Assembly (NCBI RefSeq): GCF_020745735.1
Contig: NC_083417.1
Location: 60,946,001 to 61,010,000 of the forward strand
Direction: 5' to 3'
Length of the DNA stretch: 64,000 nt
DNA from: Hemiscyllium ocellatum
Taxonomy: Eukaryota
Below, piece after piece: positions 51,656 to 61,615 of this stretch. The notes beneath the pieces are model-generated. The model was given only the letters and a program-made list of their open reading frames with translations. It was not told where the DNA came from and made no database searches. Numbering within the stretch: the first letter of the stretch is position 1; every line of letters begins with the position of its first letter. Both the position numbers and the translations under genes were made by a program.

Positions 51656-51868
51656 CTGAAAATGTGTTGCTGGTTAAAGCGCAGCAGGTCAGGCAGCATC
51701 CAAGGAACAGGAATTTCGACGTTTCGGGAACAAGCCCTTCATTCCTGATGAAGGGCTTGTGCCCGAAACGTCGAATATCCCGTTCCTTGGATGCTGCCTG
51801 ACCTGGTGTGCTTTAACCAGCAACACATTTTCAGCTCTGATCTCCAGCATCTGCAGACCTCACTTTTT
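51656..51868 (+). mobile_element. Palindromic mini-PLE insertion
   Basis: 16-bp TSD actccatttg[c/t]aactg (51640-51655 / 51869-51884); about 85-bp inverted arm; 34-nt unpaired tail. Confidence 0.92.
51741..51776 (+). ncRNA. Minimal type I hammerhead ribozyme, intact core
   Basis: attc-CTGATGA-a-gggc-ttgt-gccc-GAAA-c-GTC-gaat; helix I ATTC/GAAT, helix II GGGC/GCCC, palindromic ACGT helix III. Confidence 0.85.
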
Positions 51869-52588
51869 ACTCCATTTGTAACTGACAATATATACTTTAA
51901 TGTGCAAAGAACTTAAATCATGCCATAAAGAATAATGGCAGAGAAATGAAAAGGAAAGGTTGGATATAAGAGAGAGAGCCTTGGAGTTTCCTAGCTTTAT
52001 CTAGAACAGAAGTAGGAAGATTTTAAAATGGCAAATGACTCCATCGGGAATTCCTTCCCACATACTCAGATTGTGGGACTTTTAAAGTTACAGGATAAAG
52101 GTGGAGACAATGAGCCCACATGCAGCAATTCCACTTTTTGCCTACATCCTTGAAGATGTTTGGAAGGTGAGGGAGAGATATGGAAACCTATCCAAACTCC
52201 AGAAAAGCATGCAGAAACTCTTCCTGCTGCAAATGATTGAGGTTGATGTCAAGGAGGATCTTCAGGAGGTGAAGGACCAACAAACCTCACTCTTTGCCTC
52301 AGAGGCCTTCAAGATAATCTTGCAATCCAGGTCCACTCTGGATTGGAAGTGTTTCTTCTTCCAGAAGGTACGCAGGGAAAGTTCAGTGATCAGTAGCCTG
52401 AAGGAAGAGGACAGCTCAGTAATGTCACCTTAGTCTGACATTCTGAGGATGAGCAAATCCCTTTATGCCAGACTGTATGACATGAAGCCCACAGCCAACA
52501 TGGCCTCCCAGTTGTTCCTGACTTCTATCATGGATGTCTTAGACAACAGTACGCAGGAGAGGCTGGACCATTATCACTGGATGAGCTA

Positions 52589-53268
52589 TCTACTCATGTA
52601 CATAGATCCCTGAAAGTTGCCACCCTGGTTGATAAGGTTGTTAAGAAGGTGTGTTAGCTTTTATTAGTAGAGGGATTGAGTTTTGGAACCATGAGCTCAC
52701 GCTGCAGCTGTACAGAACTCTGGTGTGGCCACACTTGGAGTATTGCGTACATATCTGGTCACTGAAATATAGGAAGGATGTGGAAGCTTTGGAAAAGGTT
52801 TAGAGGAGATTTACTAAGATGTTGCCTAGTATGGAGGGAAGGTCTTACGAGGAAAGGCTGATAGATTTGAGGCTGTTTTCGTTAGAAGAAGGTTGAGAGG
52901 TGACTTAATTGAGACATATAAGATCATCAAAGGGTTAGATAGGGTGGACAGTAAGAGCCTTTTACCTCAGATGGGTTAGGGTTAGGTCTAGTACGAGGGG
53001 ACATAGCTTTAAATTAAGGGGTGATAGATATAGGATTGATGTCAGAAGTAGTTTCTTTACTCAGAGAGTAGTAGGGGTATGGAATGCACTGACTGCAACA
53101 GTAGTAGACTCACCAACTTTAAGGGCATTTAAATGGTCATTGGATAAACTTTGGGATGAAAATGGAATAGTGTAAGATAAATGAGCTTCAGATTGGTTTC
53201 ACAGGTCAATGCAACACCGAGGGCCAAAGGGGCTGTACTGTGCTGTAGTGTTCTATGTTCTAAGTTCT
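52589..53268 (+). mobile_element. CR1 LINE 3' end nested in the Tx1-like element
   Basis: Homologous to 39340-39920 with tatgttc tail; Tx1 sequence resumes at taaggtcctc. Confidence 0.9.
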
Positions 53269-54220
53269 TAAGGTCCTCAACTCCTTTGAAAAGAATAAAA
53301 TAAAACTCCCAGAAGTAACAGCTTACCAGCTAAGATATATTCAGTTCTATGGGACTTGATTGGCCAGGACCTGCTGGAGTTGTACGACAGTATACTTCTG
53401 GCATGTAGCACGTGCGAATCCATGAGGAAAGGGGCCATCACCCTTGTCTACAAATCAAAGGGGGAGAAGGACAAATTGGAAATTGGTAAGCAGTTTCACA
53501 GTTGAAGGTGAGGCAGAAACTGGACAGATGGGAACACTGCTCCCTCTTCATTGCAGGTTAAAACAACCCAATATTAGGCTTGAAGTACTTTTAGTGTTGT
53601 TGTATGTGGCACAGATCCAGCCCATTCTCTGAGCCTGCACCACGGCAGTCACCCAAACTATCTTCTATTTCATCTGGAAGGCAAAGGTAGGACTGTATCA
53701 TAGGGACACCGTGTACAAAGCTCTGGAGAAGGGGTGGTGAAGATTGTATGTTTGTGTATGGCTGCATCAAGCTGTGCTTTGTGGAAAAATTTGTAAAGGA
53801 AAATACCTTTGACCATAAGTCCATCAGGCAGTGGTTCAGCATGTAACGTCCTCAAGACCCCATGGGCAAAGGATAGGGGTTTATCCAGTTGGGTGATTCT
53901 CTGAACAGACTGTCAAAGATATTTGGCAGAATGCCTCATCTCCAGTTTTTTCCAGCATGCACCAAGATGTAACTTGGTGTACACAATTGCACACTGGCCT
54001 CGAAGCAGCTGCAGGGCAAAAAAGGCTGTCATACATCTCCTTCTGGGATATGCCTACACAAAGAAGCTCTGGAGAGAGATGCAGCGGTTGTAGTTGATGT
54101 TCATCCCAAGCAACTCTGTGGTGCAGCACTCTGTGCTCAATGGTCTTTTCCCTAGGACACACACCAAGACAAAATCAACGGTGCCTGGAAGACTATCAAC
54201 TCAATAGAAGAAGCTCTTTG

Positions 54221-54353
54221 AGTAAAAAATGAGGTCTGCAGATGCTGGAGATCACAGCTGCAAATGTGTTGCTGGTCAAAGCACAGCAGGCCATGCAGCA
54301 TCTCAGGAATAGAGAATTCGACGTTTCGAGCATAAGCCCTTCATCAGGAATGG
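54221..54353 (-). mobile_element. 133-bp mini-PLE monomer (hammerhead + tail) nested in Tx1
   Basis: 15-bp perfect TSD agaagaagctctttg (54206-54220 / 54354-54368). Confidence 0.92.
54316..54351 (-). ncRNA. Minimal type I hammerhead ribozyme, intact core
   Basis: attc-CTGATGA-a-gggc-ttat-gctc-GAAA-c-GTC-gaat; helix II with one G-U pair. Confidence 0.85.
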
Positions 54354-55344
54354 AGAAGAAGCTCTTTGGTCTACCTGAAACTTGTTGGTCTTCTAATGTA
54401 AAGAGTTGACCTCGCCAGAGTATTGCAGACTGGCACATTCCAAGGTCCAGGACTACATGCTGAGGGACACACTAAACTCAGGAGAGCAGCCACTAAGAAA
54501 GACCATCGTCTAAGGTCTTTCTGACAAAATACAGCCAGGATCGATTCAGTCATCAGACCCTGTCTTTATCACAGTGTATGTAAATAGTGTCCTTTATGAG
54601 CAGGAAATGCCTTTGGTTTACACTGCAGGGTATGGCAAATTCCAATGCTTGTTTTTCTCTTGATATGCGAAGATTGTACAGATCTCTTTAATACCTAAAG
54701 GTTTTTTTATGAATAAAGTAATTTTTGCAATAAAAAGAATTCCACCTTCGCCTATTCCATTATGAAGTGGGAAGTTTAGACAACCCCACCATTTCCATGA
54801 CGTTCAGCCCATTTTGTCAGGAGACATAGTTCACTACACCTCAAAAGAGTTGAGAACCTTTTGGAAAGCCTAATGTGGAACTGGGAACTTAATGACAGAA
54901 AACCCGCTCAGCTAAGCTTTAATTATGGGGTTATCTTGGTTCACCATAAGTAAAGGCATTGAAGTGTTTGAAGCAAATGGCCTGGATGCTTGGATGCTAC
55001 AAGGAAATGAGGCAAGTACATGAGAGAAAAGGAATACAAAGATCTACAAAAAGGCGGAGATGAGATCGATGAAAAGAAGAATCTTAAATGGAGCCTAAAT
55101 ACCGATACAGAATAACTAGGACTGTGCTGTATGTTTTATACATTTCTATGTTTGTTTGGAAAACTCAGAAATTAAGGTAATTTGGCAATGCAAAACACAA
55201 AAAAAAATGCATTCAAAATTCAGTATTAATGAGTATAACATTATGGGGTAATATCAATTTCAACAACATAATTAGTGGACATCCTCAGTTTGTATACTTA
55301 AATTTTACCAAGGTAATGGAATTTTTGTATTCATGGCTGAGTAC

Positions 55345-55819
55345 ATCAAGAACTGTCAGTGCTGTTCAGGCTGTCCCTTACACCTGAAACTTGCAGTGCT
55401 GTTCACACTGTATCTAATACAACACGATGTGGAGGTGCCGGTGTTGGACAGGGGTGAACAAAGTTTAAAATCACACAAAACCAGATTATAGTTCAACAGG
55501 TTTATTTAGCTCCTGATGAAGGGACAGCATTCTGAAAGCTTCCAAATAAACCTTTTGGACTATAACCTGGTGTTGTGTGATTTTTAACTCTAATACAACA
55601 AGAATTGTCACCGTATTCAAACTGTCTCTTATACCTGGAACTGAGAGTGCTGTTCACTATGTTTATTATACGTGAGGAACTGTCATTGCTGTTCACTTTG
55701 TATGTAATAAACCAGGAACTGACAGTGCTATTCATTCAGTACATGATGCACCAGGAACTGACAGTGCTGACAACTCTGTATACGATACACCAGGAACTGA
55801 CAATGCTGTTCACTCTGTA
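55345..55819 (+). repeat. Diverged minisatellite, about 37-39 bp unit, interrupted by a mini-PLE
   Basis: Repeating caggaactgacagtgctgttcactctgtat..gatacac, about 8 units. Confidence 0.85.
55425..55588. mobile_element. Palindromic insertion of a second PLE-type family with a degenerate hammerhead
   Basis: 12-bp TSD tctaatacaaca (55413-55424 / 55589-55600); inverted arms aaaatcacaca...gtttattt / aaataaac...tgtgtgatttt; ctgatga...gaaagct at 55513-55540. Confidence 0.8.
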
Positions 55820-57845
55820 AATGAAATTCTGATGTTTCCCATGTTCTATTTGGATTGTGTGTTATATAGTGGAGGCTCCTGACATTGCTTCATCTTAATA
55901 TATATTGCATAGGGACCATCTTCAATCTGTGAATATTGGGGACAATCTTTGCTATGGATATGTCAGACTTGAGGTTGTCTGGTCTCTGTGTAATGAGGTC
56001 TCCAGCGTGAGGTGGTGATAATGAAAGGGTAAGGCTCGAACTGTTGCATAGAATTTCTTTGGTGTAAAGTATGATTTTTAGTGATCAAGAGCCTCATGGG
56101 GGGACAGATGTGAAGTCAGGTTTATTGTGATGTAAATACTTTGTTTTCCTACTTCAACTTTAATTTCCCTTCATGTTTGTGACCTGATGCCTTTGGAATA
56201 AAGAATCACTGTTTCATGATGTTTAGGGCTGTCTGTATGCTTAAATGCACATGTTTTTTGTGAACAACAACCCAGGAGCACTTTGTTTGTGTATAACACT
56301 TTGAGTTGTCGGTACTGTTTAGTCTCTGATTTATACCCAGGGGCCTGTTCTTTCACCATAAAACATTTGCAATATAAACCAAAAAGGATATTGGCACTGT
56401 TCAATGTATATACAATATTTGTTTCACTTTCATGACAGGATCGGCAATAGGAGCACTTCCTTTTTCAGTTTAGGTTCTATCAGCAATAGGTAAGTCTGTT
56501 TTTTATCTCCTTTGTTTCCAGACTTTGCACTTAATTGCTCTCGTATTGTCTCTTTTTTATCTCACTTTTACCTGCAGTTTGTTCTGTACACACACAATAT
56601 CCCTGCACGGTGAATTTTGTGCTTGCTTGCAGTGCACAAGCTAATGCCTAATGGCTTTCATAACTACATTTATAAACAATTTGAATGTGTTATGTGCGAG
56701 ATATGTTTGGTGCCTCTAACAACTGGAAAAAAAAATCAGCTGACTTGCATTGTTTTTAGAGGAGGCACATTGCATGTATGGAGAATATTCATTGTATTTT
56801 AATAGGATGACATTAATTCCTCTTCAGTGCTATCCAGCGCACCTGGTTTGATGATTTTAACAGAATGAGTTCTTTAGTCCTGTATTATAATTTGTTGCTC
56901 AAGCTGTAGTGGAGATTGGTGGTGAGTTATATTGCCCCTAATATTTGTTAGGAAGGAATTTCCTTTGTGGAGCATGAGCTCCAGTTTGAAATCCAGGTTT
57001 CCCTGAATTCCGTGTTTTAAATCCACAAAGGGCATGTTTTTTTTTCAAAACCGGCTCCCCATCCAGAAGTTAACCTGACTGGTCAACTTGCATTCCCGCT
57101 CTGGTAAGGAATCCCCAGAGGATGCTGCAGTCCAGGAAGGCACCCTGCTGCTTGGGTAGAGATTGTAGGGGCGGTAGGCATGGTTTGGAAGAATTGGATG
57201 TGTGTAAGCAGTTGAAGTGAAATCAAGACAAAGCTGGGAGCTCACATGGATCACATTGTAGACAAATTTGTCCTAAAAGCTCCTCCTCTTTAGAAATATT
57301 TTTCTTTATTCTGTCTTGACATTTCTTGTTCTGTTTCGAAGAACCTATACATCAATCAATTGATAAACACACTTATGATAATGTTGGAATGAAATTTGTT
57401 AGATCAGGCTTCACTTATTTAGACAGATGTTCATCTTAGAATCCAACAATTGTCTAACTACATAGAACCACAATGGGCACTAATACTTTCTTTAAAAATG
57501 TCATCTTTGAAACTTGACGTAGCAATCCACATTATTGACATTGCTGTAGAATTAAAGGAATTATAAAAATTGGAGCAATTGAATTCATTGTTTTTAAATT
57601 AATGTGATTATCAGAATGTAGTTAGTAAGGTTGACTGTTCAAAGACAATCAGTACAATATGGGTACAGTCCATTCAAAAAAGATGTGAAGTGAGATGGTA
57701 GCTTCAGTGCTAAATTTGAAATAGCCAGGTTCATATTTTCAAAGGATTACTCTCACAGCCTATGTTAATTGACAAACATTGTCTGTTTTGAACATTCTGA
57801 TTGGTCCATTCACTCAAACAGATGAATGGGATGTTCTAGTGTTGC

Positions 57846-59414
57846 TGTGGTATTTATATTCCTGTGCACTTGCACAGCTTTAAGTAGCTTTCACCAAAGT
57901 GAAACATTTTGATTCTGTTAAAGGATTTGATAAAATAATAGAATTCTTGCATTCAAATAGCTACTGTTGCAATAAAGATATACTAATTTGATTGCCAATG
58001 TTTTATGGATCTCTGCTAGTTATCACTGATAGTAAGAATCTCTTGTGTTGCCGTACTCCCTTTCCTGATCAACTGGATGTATGCTGCTATAGCAGGAATG
58101 AGCAAGCATACCTGAACGCATCTGGAATGCTTGCTCCTCTCTGCACTTTACCTGACTACAATCCCGGCCTATACTCAGATAGTTAAAGTTCCCATTATAA
58201 AGACAACAAGGTTTGTATGTCACTCTAATGTCTGTACAGATGTGCTTCCCTATATTATTCCCAATTGTCAGTGCTCTGTAGAAGTCATAGCATTGTGGAT
58301 CCATGACTGCAGGGCTCCCCAAAGAACACCAGCTAAACAATGAGGACCACAAGTGGGGTCAGAAGGCTACCTCTGAGCTAGGAAACCCTGGTTCAAATCC
58401 CACTTACTCCAGAAATGTTTAACAACTGAACAGGATGATTAGAAAATATCTAACAGACCAATGGACTTACTCTGTCTGTTAACTGCTCCTCACAAAAGAT
58501 GTAAGGAGCAGAAGTAAGTTATTCAGCACATTCACTGATATCTGATAATCCTCAACTTCACTTTTCTGCCTTTTCTTCATAACCCTTGATTCCCTTACTG
58601 ATTAAAAATCCGTCGATCTCAGCCTTGAATGTACTCATCAACCCAGCCTTGGCAACTCTTTGCAGTAAAGAATCCCACAACAGAGTCACTACCTCTGTGA
58701 AAAGAAATCCCTTCTCATCCCTGTCTAGAGTGGGCAACCCCCATAATCTGAGATTATACCCTCTGCTTCCAACGTCTTCACAAGGGTAGAGGTATGAAAA
58801 TCACCACAGGCAGTTTGAGAGAATAGTGAGTGCTGGTATGCAGCTGTACATCTGCTGAGACTTGATTGGGCTCATACCACACTATCCCAAAACTGCAGCT
58901 TGTGATCCCACTGGTGATCTTCATTCTCTAGCTGCTCTTCTTTGGGGAGCCCTGCAGTCATGGATCCACAATACTATGACTTCTACAGAGCACTGACAAT
59001 TGGGAAAAATATAGAGAAGCACATCTGTACAGAAGTTAGAGTGACATGCAAACTTCTGTTGTCTTTATAATGGGAGCTTTAACTATCTGAGTATAAACTG
59101 GGATTGTAGTACAGTAAAGTGCAGAGAGGAGCAAGCATTCCAGAGTGTGTTCAGGAAAATTTCCTATAGCAGCATGCATCCAGTTGATCAGAAAAGGGGT
59201 TACGACAACACAAGAGGTTATTTCTATCAGAGATAACCAGCAGAGAACCAGAAAACACTGGCAATCAAATTAGTATATCTTTATTGCAACAGTAGATATT
59301 TGAATGCAAGATTTCTAACTGTTATTTTATCAAATCCTTTAACAGAATCAACATTTTTCACCCTGGTGAAAGCTACTTAAAGCCGTGCAAGTGCACAGGA
59401 ATATAAATACCACA
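57846..59414. repeat. Long inverted duplication: arms 57846-58368 and 58897-59414
   Basis: Arms are reverse complements over about 520 bp with scattered mismatches and small indels; each arm is unique DNA plus a decayed CR1 endonuclease fragment. Confidence 0.95.
58495..58790 (-). mobile_element. CR1 3' tail in the spacer of the inverted repeat
   Basis: ggagcagaagta...ataacccttgattcccttactgattaaaaatc...tcagccttgaat...aaagaatcccaca, a CR1 3' UTR in reverse. Confidence 0.75.
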
Positions 59415-59579
59415 CCATATAAATGGCACAGCAGGAATATAAATACCAATTATATTTAGAATCTGGGCTTGTGACCTGTTTGGCCATGGAATATTAATGT
59501 TAAATTGGGAAATGTTTTCTTGCAAATTGAAAAGGTAAGGAAGTTTTGCATTTGTATTGTTTTTTAGATCCAATGACAG

Positions 59580-59735
59580 ACTTGTCTAAGTATAGTCCCT
59601 GTTGTGATGTAGGAAACCAGGTAATCAATTTGCACTAAGTGCTCCCACAAAATGTGAGAATGGCCACATGATGTTGAAAGAGCCAAGTTCTCCTCCCAAA
59701 TAATTCCAAAGGATCTTTTACACCCACCCATTTCC
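59580..59735 (-). mobile_element. Deu-domain SINE fragment
   Basis: gttgtgatgtaggaaac...gctcccacaa...ggatcttttacacccacc, reverse of Deu-like blocks at 38640-38770. Confidence 0.5.
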
Positions 59736-60539
59736 ACACTCTTAGTCATATCATTCGGGGCTAGAGAACTTTGTCCCATCAATCATGTAATCAGGTTTCT
59801 CCCTAGAAGGAATCAATCCCCACTGGTGGAAATTAATAAACTTCACCTAAGGTTAAATGGGTCATCGCTATCTACAGTGGCTCATTCTTCAATCAAACAC
59901 TCTATTGTCCCAATCTACCGCCTCATTGATCTGTTTCTACAAGTTTTCCCATAGCACTTAAAAGATGAATGCTTTCTGTTTTAGAAGAAACCAAAGAGTT
60001 TGCTTACTCATTGCTACAACATTCACAATTCAATATAATGTCATAAAAGGCACCAGGAAAATCACTCTCAGCAATCACATTATAAATAGAATCTGTATAA
60101 CAATACCAGATCTCAGAGTTGCATGATATTTTATTTGTAAATTCTCCAGTGCACTCGTCCACTCTCATCTATTCATATCAGTCACCATAATATTCTCAAA
60201 TATATCCAAATTAATCCACTTAGTGTTAAAATGAGCATTTGGATATATCTGTACGACACAGAGGAGTTAAAATGGCAATTATACGGTTCACAAGGCATTC
60301 TCAAAGCATTTGGGCTGAAATCTCCCTTTACTAACCATGGACTTCCCCGTCTAAATGGATTTACAAGTCTTGCACATTAAGATTGTGTTATAACATTCTG
60401 TATTACTGTCATTACTCCCCATTCCAACCACAACTCTAACAGTCTCTGTTTAATACTATCTGATAGCTTAGCAATTTGCAAAACCTTTAACAGTAATAGA
60501 AACCACAAAGTATTCCTTCAAATAAAACAAGTCTTTTTA

Positions 60540-60846
60540 TATTAGATTACTTACAGTGTGGAAACAGGCCCTTCGGCCCAACAAGTCCACACCGACCCGC
60601 CGAAGCGCAACCCATCCATACCCCTACATTTACCCCTTACCTAACACTACAGGCAATTTAGCATGTACCAATTCACCTGACCCCGCACATCTTTGGACTG
60701 TGGGAGGAAACCGGAGCACCCGGAGGAAACCCATGCAGACACGGGGAGAACGTGCAAACTCCACACAGTCGCCTGAGTCGGGAATTGAACCCGGGTCTCA
60801 GGCGCTGTGAGGCAGCAGTGCTAACCACTGTGCCACCGTGCCATCC
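60540..60846 (-). mobile_element. HE1-like V-SINE, young
   Basis: Close reverse complement of 38947-39260. Confidence 0.95.
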
Positions 60847-61615
60847 ATGTTCTATCCAGGCAAACAACATTTGCCAGACCAATAGTTTCATAGAGGCAGT
60901 CTCTTTAAGATAGTTTCATATGAAAGGCTGGGTTTTTGAAGAGAGTTTGAAATTCATTTAGAATCTATGTTTAGCAATGTAATATATTTAGTTTGCAGAT
61001 GTAGGGTGCTATTGAAGAAAATGGCTTGGTCGCCTCGGCATTAGTGGGAGAATGCAATTACAGGTTTACATTGTAAAAGTGGACTTAGTTTAATATTTTC
61101 ATCATAAACAAATAGAGAGTACATCCTAAGGACAGAGTTTATGACTTTAAAATGGTCATTGGATTATGTCTGTTCCTTCATATCAAATAATTCCCAACAA
61201 TTTACTCACTTCACCTGAAGAATACGTAGTCTTCATTTTCCACTTATAAAACCTTGGCGGAGAGAGGGTGGTGTTAACGTGTATCACATCAAGAGACTTG
61301 CTCATGACCAATAAGTAGAAAGTTTATTCACTGAAACATTTCTGTCATACTTGTCTACCAAACCTAAACTCATCCATTTATTACATTGACATGTTGGGTG
61401 CTTTATTCTAATACACAAAGAATCAGTGCCATTCAAATGGTGAGCAAAAGTTGTAAACTTTGGTGCCTCATTCAGACAACCTCCTCCTACCATTCTTCAA
61501 CATTACTTTTAAAGTTAGTACACCTTTCCAGAAACAGTACACACTCTGAGTAAGGCGTAAAGGTGATTATCAAAACATGGGAGCTGGCTTTGTACAGAAA
61601 GCTCTGTAAAACAAA

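Larger units (their letters stand above)
52060..54736 (+). mobile_element. Tx1-like (L1 clade) LINE, decayed, RT core deleted, with nested insertions
   Basis: LSKLQKSMQ.L..LQ...VDVKEDLQEVK.QQ.SLFASEA.KII; degenerate KTPG.DGLPA and KGE...IGNW motifs; C-terminal region; aataaa...aaaaa end. Confidence 0.8.

Noticed and set aside
55345-55819. Regularly spaced repeats resembling a CRISPR array
   Set aside because: Units are contiguous and diverged with no unique spacers, no cas genes, and the context is eukaryotic: a minisatellite.
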